IMG/VR virus record: IMGVR_UViG_3300013121_000026
Location: 96,762 to 160,761 of that record
Length of the DNA: 64,000 nucleotides
Source of the DNA: a virus
Taxonomy: Duplodnaviria > Caudoviricetes
Reading direction: 5' to 3' (one strand)
The notes under the pieces were generated by a model. The model was not told the origin of the DNA, did no database searches, and was given only the letters and a program-made list of their open reading frames with translations. Below, piece by piece: positions 57,207 through 64,000 of this stretch (positions within the stretch are counted from its first letter, which is position 1; each line of letters starts with the position of its first letter). The position numbers and the translations under genes were made by a program.

Positions 57207-58157
57207 ATGACAACAATTAAAGCAGAGATTATCTTAGATTCAGTTAATGAATACGGAAATCGTTTAACCACAATGCAGCTAAGATTTCCTAGGTTTATTT
57301 TGCCTCAGTTATTAACCCACCGCATGTTTTCTCGCAATGCTTCCTCGTCACGAGCAATTCCTGTTGAACGTTTGATTCAAGATGTTCTTGATGATACAGC
57401 AATGCCGATTCATTGGGGCAAGAATCAGCCTGGGATGCAAGCTAAAGAGGAACAAGACGAAAAAATAACATTTTTTACTTCAGACAATTTATTTGTACCT
57501 GGTTTAACAGCAAGACAATCTTGGTTTATGGCTAGAAATCAAGCGGTCAATGCTGCTAGAAGTTTTGCTGTTGCTGGTTATCATAAGCAAATTGTTAATC
57601 GGTTGCTTGAACCTTTTGCTCATATTAACGTGCTTGTAACCGCTACTGAGTTTGATAATTTCTTTGAGCTTAGAGATCATAGTGACGCTCAACCTGAAAT
57701 TGAAATGCTTGCAAAGGAAATGAAAAAAGCAATTAATAAATCAATGCCACTCTTGAAAAAAGCAGGCGAGTGGCATCTGCCATACACAGATGATTTAGGT
57801 GAATGTGAAACTGAAACAATGAAAAAGATTTCTGTCGCAAGATGTGCTTCTGTTAGTTATAAGACTGTTGACGGCAATTTGATGACAGCAGAAAAGGCTT
57901 TACAAATCTTCAATAAATTGTATACTGCTAAGCCTTTTCATGCTAGCCCATTTGAGCACATTGCAGTCTCAGCAAAACCTTTAGTAACAATGGATCCAGA
58001 TTATTGGTATAGTTTGGAAAATGGAGATTACATTCTGCCTGATGTTCGCTTTGGCAATTTTAATGGATGGATACAATTTAGGAGGTTTTTAGAAAATGCC
58101 GAAAAGAATGCTGAACAAAATGTCAAAATTAACACAGAATTTGTCAATAACAGATAA
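57207..58157 (+). CDS. thyX: Flavin-dependent thymidylate synthase (ThyX-like)
   Basis: THRMFSRNASSSRAIP, HKQIVNRLLEPF, AQPEI, HASPFEH. Confidence 0.82.
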   Translation: MTTIKAEIILDSVNEYGNRLTTMQLRFPRFILPQLLTHRMFSRNASSSRAIPVERLIQDVLDDTAMPIHWGKNQPGMQAKEEQDEKITFFTSDNLFVPGLTARQSWFMARNQAVNAARSFAVAGYHKQIVNRLLEPFAHINVLVTATEFDNFFELRDHSDAQPEIEMLAKEMKKAINKSMPLLKKAGEWHLPYTDDLGECETETMKKISVARCASVSYKTVDGNLMTAEKALQIFNKLYTAKPFHASPFEHIAVSAKPLVTMDPDYWYSLENGDYILPDVRFGNFNGWIQFRRFLENAEKNAEQNVKINTEFVNNR

Positions 58158-58418
58158 ATTAATGACAAATAAATTAACTAGTATGGGCAAATTTCCGCAT
58201 GATTATTATGTAGGAGAAACTGGTGTTGGGTTGTCTTTTGTATATTATATAGTTAGTCTATCATCAACTTACAAAATTAGTATTCACTTTGAAGATTAAA
58301 AAAGACAGACTTAGAATTCTTTTGAGCGAAGTTTTTGATGTTGCTGTAATAATGAGTCATAATTACTCTAACAAAAAATCATTATCGAAGGCTAAGAACG
58401 AATATATTGATGAATTGA

Positions 58419-58742
58419 TTGAGGAAATTAGAGATGAAGAAAAGTAAATTCATTACGCCTTTTTTGTTAGCTGCAACAGTAGTAGGTTGCAGCCCGCCTT
58501 CATTGCCAACCGACAGAAATAAATGCACGATTAGTAATGGAGAACCCAAGTGTGAGGATCCTACTAAACCAGTAGGTTATGTTCATGCTCCGGTCAATGC
58601 GTATCAACCATGGATACTTCATTCAACAGGATTAGCTTCAAGTGGTCGTCCATCCACATCAATAGTAGCTATTAATAACCGTCCTGTGTCTGTAATTGCT
58701 AGAGGCGGTTTTGGAGCTACAGCCCATGCGAGTGCATCATGA
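58419..58742 (+). CDS. Lipoprotein, YgiB-like partner of GspS
   Basis: Lipobox VVGC; C-terminal RGGFG; upstream of the GspS-like gene. Confidence 0.6.
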   Translation: MRKLEMKKSKFITPFLLAATVVGCSPPSLPTDRNKCTISNGEPKCEDPTKPVGYVHAPVNAYQPWILHSTGLASSGRPSTSIVAINNRPVSVIARGGFGATAHASAS

Positions 58743-59854
58743 GAATTGTTAAGACAACACCTAGACAAGATTGGCAGAGTCGAGTAGAGTCCGAAGGTTT
58801 TACTTTCTATTTAAAAGATGGGTATGGTACCAATTGGTTAGATGACACTTATCTTGAAATTAGCGAGTTGGAATATATTCAATTTCAGGATGCTACGACT
58901 GAACTTAATCATCTATTTAAAAATACCATTGAATACTTACTGGGTAACAAGGACGAATTAGCAAAATTTAATATACCTAGAAAGTATTGGGATTGGATTC
59001 ATGAATCATATACTGCTTCATTGCAGCGTGGGATTTATGGTAGATTTGATTTGATGCATGGACCAGATGGGCTACCTAAACTACTAGAATTTAATGCAGA
59101 CACACCAACGACACTTGTTGAAAGTGCAATCATTCAATGGACATGGTTGCAAGATAGAATGTCAGAATTTTCAGGGTCAGTTGATCAATTCAATTCAATT
59201 CACGATGACCTAATAAAGCAATGGGGACTTCAAAATATTTCCAAAAATCAATCAGTTCATTTTGCATTCTCCTCAGAATCATTGGAAGAAAAAGCAACAT
59301 GCGCATATATGATGGACGTTGCTGCTCATGCGGGTATTAACGTCATATCTATTGATATGAAAGATATTGGGTCTGATGGTACTCAATTGTATGATTTGAA
59401 TGAGCAGCCTATTGAAAACTTGTTCAAACTTTATCCGTGGGAATGGATGATTAATGAACCATTCGGTGATGCTTTGTTATGGACTAAAACAAAGTTCTTT
59501 GAGCCACCATGGAAAATGCTATGTTCCTGTAAAGCGATTCTTCCAGTAATGTGGGAACTGCATCGTAACCATCCATATCTATTAGAATCTTCGTGGGAAA
59601 AGATTAATGATAGCTTTGCTAAACCTATTTTTGGTAGAGAAGGAAAAGGAATTACGCACAATAACACAACAATAGATAACCCAGATTATGATGTGGGTCC
59701 CGTGATTTATCAAAAATCTGCTCTAAGTAATAAACCACCAATAGTAGTTGGTTCTTGGCTTATTGGGTCTGCTAGTTCTGGTTTGATTGCTAGAACATCC
59801 GACACTTCCATTGTAACTGACGAATCCCCTGTAATTCCTCATGTGGTGATATAA
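58739..59854 (+). CDS. Glutathionylspermidine synthase-like ATP-grasp ligase (YgiC/YjfC type)
   Basis: YGRFDL, LLEFNADTPT, QFNSIH, FKLYPWEW, EPPWK, KPIFGREG. Confidence 0.9.
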   Translation: MRIVKTTPRQDWQSRVESEGFTFYLKDGYGTNWLDDTYLEISELEYIQFQDATTELNHLFKNTIEYLLGNKDELAKFNIPRKYWDWIHESYTASLQRGIYGRFDLMHGPDGLPKLLEFNADTPTTLVESAIIQWTWLQDRMSEFSGSVDQFNSIHDDLIKQWGLQNISKNQSVHFAFSSESLEEKATCAYMMDVAAHAGINVISIDMKDIGSDGTQLYDLNEQPIENLFKLYPWEWMINEPFGDALLWTKTKFFEPPWKMLCSCKAILPVMWELHRNHPYLLESSWEKINDSFAKPIFGREGKGITHNNTTIDNPDYDVGPVIYQKSALSNKPPIVVGSWLIGSASSGLIARTSDTSIVTDESPVIPHVVI

Positions 59855-60081
59855 TGAATTCTGAATATGAAAAATTAATCGAGGATGTTATTGCTTCTCA
59901 TCCACCTGTGAAGGAAGGCTACACTAGAATTTATGAGGATCATACTTATAGGAATTATCAAGATTTTTCTCCAGAAGAAATGAAACAGATGTTTGATGAT
60001 CCTTTGTTAAAAATTGTCAGAGAAGAAGTTCAAAAAGAAATAAACAAGGAAATTGTTTCAAAAATAAAAGGGCAATCATGA
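59854..60081 (+). CDS. Hypothetical protein
   Basis: Coupled ORF. Confidence 0.5.
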   Translation: MNSEYEKLIEDVIASHPPVKEGYTRIYEDHTYRNYQDFSPEEMKQMFDDPLLKIVREEVQKEINKEIVSKIKGQS

Positions 60082-61181
60082 ACTATAACCTATATACTAA
60101 AGATGCTAGTGGTTCTATTCGTTTTTGGAGAATGGAACAACAAGGTTCTACTTATAGAACTGTAACTGGTGTATGGCCAAATGGTGTTGCTGTTGAATCT
60201 CAATGGAAGCAAGCAGAAGCAAAGAACATTGGTAAAGTTAATGAAACTTCTGCTGAACAGCAAGCAGAAGCAGAAATTAAAGCACAGTACAAAAAGAAGC
60301 TGGATCGAAAGTATCATGAAAATGTAAGTGATCTAGAAAACAAAGCAACAGGCTATAAATTTCTAGCTCCAATGCTTGCTCAAAAATTTAATACAGAAAT
60401 GGAAATACCACCAGGAACTATGGTTCAGCCAAAACTTGATGGCATTAGAATGATTGCTTCGAAAGACGGTTTTTATTCCAGACAAGGAAAGCCTTTTAAT
60501 ATTCCTCATCTTTGGGAAGTATTAGAACCTGTCTTTACAGAAAAACCATGGTTGATTCTGGATGGTGAGCTGTATAACCATGGTTTGCGCGATGATTTTA
60601 ATTCAATTACTTCTCTAGTTAAAAGAGAGAAAAGAAGCAGTGAGCAAGAACAACGTCTTAGAAATTTAATTCAATATCACGTATATGACTCACCATCAAT
60701 GGATCTTAATTTCGTTGATCGCGAACTTGCATTGTATTCTATCTTGGGGGATATTGGGGATCCGATTATTCTAGTTGAGACACAACTAGTCAAAAATCAC
60801 GATGAGATTAACAAGTATTATGAAAAGTTTTTGAAAGATGGATATGAAGGACAAATTGTTCGATTGAATGAACCATATGAAAACAAGCGATCAAAGAATT
60901 TGTTAAAGCGCAAAGAATTTTTGGATACTGAATTTCCGATTATTGAGATTTCAGAAGGTCAGGGTAACTGGGCGGGATATGCAAAAAGTGTCACCTGCTC
61001 ACTTCCAAGTGGAACAAAGTTTAATGCTGGAATCAAAGGCGATCAGGAGTTTACTAAGCAATTGTTGAAAGACAAAGATAAATACAAGTTTGTTACTGTG
61101 AAATATTTCACTCCAACACCGGATGGAATACCGAGATTTCCAGTGGCAATTGATTGGCACACTACTGAGAAAGATCATTAA
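60078..61181 (+). CDS. 30: ATP-dependent DNA ligase
   Basis: PMLA, QPKLDGIR, LDGELY, EGQIVR, LLKRK, PRFPV. Confidence 0.93.
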   Translation: MNYNLYTKDASGSIRFWRMEQQGSTYRTVTGVWPNGVAVESQWKQAEAKNIGKVNETSAEQQAEAEIKAQYKKKLDRKYHENVSDLENKATGYKFLAPMLAQKFNTEMEIPPGTMVQPKLDGIRMIASKDGFYSRQGKPFNIPHLWEVLEPVFTEKPWLILDGELYNHGLRDDFNSITSLVKREKRSSEQEQRLRNLIQYHVYDSPSMDLNFVDRELALYSILGDIGDPIILVETQLVKNHDEINKYYEKFLKDGYEGQIVRLNEPYENKRSKNLLKRKEFLDTEFPIIEISEGQGNWAGYAKSVTCSLPSGTKFNAGIKGDQEFTKQLLKDKDKYKFVTVKYFTPTPDGIPRFPVAIDWHTTEKDH

Positions 61182-61402
61182 TGACCATTACGGAATTGTT
61201 GAATGAGATTAATAAACTGAACGAGGAAATCGGTTGCAATGGTACTAGAACTGCATCGCATCTTAGTCCAAGTTTGGTGAGATTTGTTTTAGATAATAAC
61301 GAATTGGATTACCATCTAGACTTGGTTAGCATTGAGCCCAATTTTAGAATTGGTTGTGGTTGTTGGGATGGTATTGTTTTTCATTTAGAAGCCAAAAAGT
61401 GA
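61181..61402 (+). CDS. Hypothetical protein
   Basis: Coupled ORF. Confidence 0.5.
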   Translation: MTITELLNEINKLNEEIGCNGTRTASHLSPSLVRFVLDNNELDYHLDLVSIEPNFRIGCGCWDGIVFHLEAKK

Positions 61403-61409
61403 GGATCAA

Positions 61410-61688
61410 ATGCCATTGTTTTTAGTTAGTACGATTTCAAAATTTAAACATACTTATACGGTTGAAGCAGATTCCTTGGAAGAAGCTGAGGCATATTTCG
61501 ATAAAGTCATTGACACCACCGAAATTGCCGAAACCAGCCAGGAATTTGAAGGCGAGACGGTATATAATGTTAAGCGAATTACCGAGAAAGAATTTATTAA
61601 ATACTTTGATAAGGGAAACGACTATCTAGCACATCTTACTAAAGAAGAAAAATTACGTTACATTAATAAGGAACCCAAGAATGTTTGA
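61410..61688 (+). CDS. Hypothetical protein
   Basis: GAGGA RBS; 92-aa ORF. Confidence 0.6.
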   Translation: MPLFLVSTISKFKHTYTVEADSLEEAEAYFDKVIDTTEIAETSQEFEGETVYNVKRITEKEFIKYFDKGNDYLAHLTKEEKLRYINKEPKNV

Positions 61689-62106
61689 AAAAGAAGATTT
61701 AAAAATTGCATTTGCAACAAGTTATGCATTTTACCAAAAAGCATTAGGTTATCATTGGAATGTTGTGGGTAGAAATTTTTACTCGGATCATCTTCTACTT
61801 GAAAAGATTTACACTGATGTATATGGTTACATCGATAAATTTGCCGAGATTATTCGAAGCACAGGAGAAGTAGTTCCATCAACGTTTGATAGATTGGAAA
61901 CACTTAGCCTAATTAAAAATGACAATAGAGTGCTAACAGCAGATGCAATGATCTTCAATCTAAACGTTGTTAATCATGTACTAATTGGCAATCTTACCAC
62001 ATTAATTCCAACTGTTGAAGATTCCGATATTCAAAACTTTTTACAGGATGTTCTCTATCTTCATAACAAGATTAAGTGGATGTTGGATTCTACTGAACAG
62101 CCCTAG
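61681..62106 (+). CDS. dps: Dps-like ferritin family protein
   Basis: HWNVVGRNFYSDHLLLE...DKFAE, KWML. Confidence 0.85.
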   Translation: MFEKEDLKIAFATSYAFYQKALGYHWNVVGRNFYSDHLLLEKIYTDVYGYIDKFAEIIRSTGEVVPSTFDRLETLSLIKNDNRVLTADAMIFNLNVVNHVLIGNLTTLIPTVEDSDIQNFLQDVLYLHNKIKWMLDSTEQP

Positions 62107-62365
62107 CAGCCTTTGATAGATAGTTTCTAACAGCTTCAATTGAAGCACGGCATGTTCTATTATTCTTGTCCAGATTAACAATTACCTTAGCTACTTCGAT
62201 GTCAGTTAGAGTTTCTATTTTTGGTAGGTACTTTAATTCTGGACAATTGTATAAGGCTTCTGGTACGTTTACGACATACAATTTTTCTTTGGTTAATATT
62301 GTTGGTTGCGTGGTTTCACAACCCATAAGAACTAAAGGCAATGCTAGGATCCATAGTTTATTCAT
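62090..62365 (-). CDS. Outer-membrane spanin (Rz1-like lipoprotein)
   Basis: Lipobox LMGC; VPEALYNCP...C; follows the i-spanin candidate. Confidence 0.7.
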   Translation of the reverse strand: MNKLWILALPLVLMGCETTQPTILTKEKLYVVNVPEALYNCPELKYLPKIETLTDIEVAKVIVNLDKNNRTCRASIEAVRNYLSKAARAVQ

Positions 62366-62739
62366 TTAGACAACTCCTTGATTGTTTGTTTTAGGATATC
62401 AGATGCGGGTCTATCGTGATTCTTAGCATCCGCTGAATTTAGATACATTTGAATATCATTGTATTTCTTGTCTTGTTCTAGTAACTTGTCATTGAGGTCT
62501 TTGGTTGTTTGATTAGCAAGTTCTTGAATTTTTTTCATGTCCTCAATGGTTTTTTGTTGTTGTTCAATTGTTAATTCATACTGCGATAATGCATCCTTTA
62601 ACTTGACATTATCTTTGATTAAATTAATTCTCGAGAACCACAAATAACTAACTACGCCTGCAAGTGACAGCCCTATTGCTACGTATCCAATAATTTTACC
62701 TAATGGACCCGTTATAATTCCAATTATTGACGCCCACAT
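62362..62739 (-). CDS. Inner-membrane spanin (Rz-like)
   Basis: N-terminal TM then coiled coil; AATAAATA upstream on the minus strand. Confidence 0.65.
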   Translation of the reverse strand: MWASIIGIITGPLGKIIGYVAIGLSLAGVVSYLWFSRINLIKDNVKLKDALSQYELTIEQQQKTIEDMKKIQELANQTTKDLNDKLLEQDKKYNDIQMYLNSADAKNHDRPASDILKQTIKELSK

Positions 62740-62790
62740 TTAACACATTCTCCTATAAATACACATACAATTATTTATTGAGGTGCAACG

Positions 62791-62985
62791 ATGTTTTACG
62801 AAATTGAAGAAAATTTTATTGCCAAAGCAGCGGAAATGTTTCCCCAACCCAATTCATTCACTACTATTCTGCGATTTGCTGAAACATATAAGCGTGCTGG
62901 GATGACTCCATTCTTTTTAACAAATGAAGATCAAACGATTATTAAATGTGTTACTCGCGAGACGTACAATAAAAAATTGCACTAA
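62791..62985 (+). CDS. Hypothetical protein
   Basis: GAGGT RBS; TATAAATA at 62754. Confidence 0.55.
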   Translation: MFYEIEENFIAKAAEMFPQPNSFTTILRFAETYKRAGMTPFFLTNEDQTIIKCVTRETYNKKLH

Positions 62986-62989
62986 TCCA

Positions 62990-63020
62990 TTGACATTTAA
63001 TAACTTTTTCGCTATAAATA
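62990..63020 (+). promoter_or_regulatory. Composite sigma70 / late promoter for hsp20
   Basis: TTGACA-17 bp-TATAAATA. Confidence 0.65.
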
Positions 63021-63025
63021 CTACT

Positions 63026-63075
63026 GGATATTGCTTATTAGGATATCCGATTTTAACCTTGCTAACATAGGAGGT
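63026..63075 (+). promoter_or_regulatory. ROSE-like RNA thermometer
   Basis: Two hairpins, each with UUGCU opposite AGGA; the second contains the RBS. Confidence 0.6.
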
Positions 63076-63079
63076 CTAT

Positions 63080-63559
63080 ATGACACAACTACAGCAATTC
63101 TTCAAAGATTTGAATTTTGATGCGGATCGTTATTTTGTTGGTTTTGACGAGTTTCAAAACTCAATGTTCGATTTTGCAAAGTCTTTGGGAGTCACTACTA
63201 ATTATCCGCCGTTCAATATTAAAAAGGTAGATGATAACAACTACGTTCTTGAGCTTGCAGTAGCAGGTTTCGGAAAGAATGACATCAAGATTACAATGAA
63301 TGACGGAGTCTTAACTGTCACAGGTGAATCTGATTTTTCAACTTCTGCACAAGAATCAGAAGAATACCTTTACAAGGGAATTGGTTCCAGAATGTTTAAT
63401 AGATTGTTTAAGCTGTCTGACACAATTGAAGTGAAGGACGCACATCTAGTAAATGGAATGCTTAAGATTTATCTGGAAAACATGCGTAAGGTTTCAGAAA
63501 AGCTGATTCCAATTACTGACAAGAATGAGACAACTAAACCACAAATGTTAAATGAATAA
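63080..63559 (+). CDS. hsp20: Small heat-shock protein Hsp20 (IbpA-like)
   Basis: YPPFNI, ELAVAGF, YLYKGI, LVNGMLKIYL. Confidence 0.95.
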   Translation: MTQLQQFFKDLNFDADRYFVGFDEFQNSMFDFAKSLGVTTNYPPFNIKKVDDNNYVLELAVAGFGKNDIKITMNDGVLTVTGESDFSTSAQESEEYLYKGIGSRMFNRLFKLSDTIEVKDAHLVNGMLKIYLENMRKVSEKLIPITDKNETTKPQMLNE

Positions 63560-63587
63560 TTTCTATCAAGGCCACTTCAATGATTGT

Positions 63588-63622
63588 TATAGCGGGCGCA
63601 AATGCCCGCTATATTCTTTTTT
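63588..63622 (+). terminator. Rho-independent terminator
   Basis: TATAGCGGGC-gcaaat-GCCCGCTATA followed by T-rich tail. Confidence 0.8.
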
Positions 63623-63627
63623 AACAC

Positions 63628-63656
63628 TTGATTAAATCTTCAACAGTTTGTACAAT
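63628..63656 (+). promoter_or_regulatory. Sigma70-type promoter
   Basis: TTGATT-17 bp-TACAAT. Confidence 0.55.
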
Positions 63657-63667
63657 AGGAGACATTC

Positions 63668-64000
63668 ATTAGAGTATTAGTTTGTGGTGGTAGAGATTTT
63701 TCTGATGTTAATTTTCTGTTCAAGACGATGGATAAATTAGCAAGAACTGTAACAATTGATTGCATTATTGAAGGTGATGCTCGTGGTGCTGATAAAATTG
63801 CGGGTATCTGGGCAAACAATAACAAAATTCAGTTACTGGAATTTCCTGCGGAATGGAAGAAACATGGAAAAGCAGCAGGCCCAATCCGTAATAAACAAAT
63901 GATTGATGAAGGCAAACCAGATCTGGTAATTGCATTTGCTGGTGGAAGTGGAACAAATAATATGATAGCCCAAGCAGAAAAGGTGGGTATCCAAGTTATA
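63668..64000 (+). CDS. YspA/SLOG-family (DUF2493-like) protein, runs off the window; absent from the ORF track
   Basis: RVLVCGGRDF...EGDARGAD...GKAAGPIRNKQM...AFAGGSGT; apparent ATT start. Confidence 0.85.
   Translation, partial: MRVLVCGGRDFSDVNFLFKTMDKLARTVTIDCIIEGDARGADKIAGIWANNNKIQLLEFPAEWKKHGKAAGPIRNKQMIDEGKPDLVIAFAGGSGTNNMIAQAEKVGIQVI

Noticed and set aside
502-63956. Numerous 60-140 aa antisense or alternate-frame ORFs overlapping identified genes
   Set aside because: Shadow ORFs with no RBS or recognisable motifs, lying over well-supported genes.

Overview
64 kb of an AT-rich T4-superfamily myophage genome. The host is probably an alphaproteobacterium (inference from a DUF4170-like ORF and a ROSE-like leader). 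Gene order: tail-fibre and lysis genes; the T4 core morphogenesis block (13,14,15,16,17,18,19,20,67-fusion,21,22,23,3); uvsY, uvsW, 55, 47, 46; an accessory block (peptide deformylase, MazG-like, 7-deazaguanine pathway, Acb1, RNA ligase, LemA/TPM, glycosyl- and methyltransferase); 45, 44, 62, regA; ThyX, GspS-like ligase, DNA ligase, Dps, spanins, Hsp20. T4 late promoters (TATAAATA) and sigma70-type promoters are clearly visible. Highlights: (1) gene 46 (SbcC/Rad50-like ATPase) is broken inside its Walker A motif by an atypically split intein (29-aa IntN, about 123-aa IntC), with a free-standing endonuclease gene between the halves. (2) A FolE2-QueD-QueE-DpdL-like-DpdA-like cluster with no QueC in the window suggests 7-deazaguanine-type DNA modification. 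(3) A gp67-centred polyprotein is punctuated by prohead-protease-like sites, and three ORFs carry T4-like capsid-targeting sequences. (4) Five insertions each leave a duplicated, orphaned gene terminus (gp14, gp23, regA, endolysin, lemA), and two of the inserted nucleases share a covarying leader RNA. (5) About 20 coupled micro-ORFs mostly end in x-F-hydrophobic. All calls come from reading motifs and synteny; no database searches were run.
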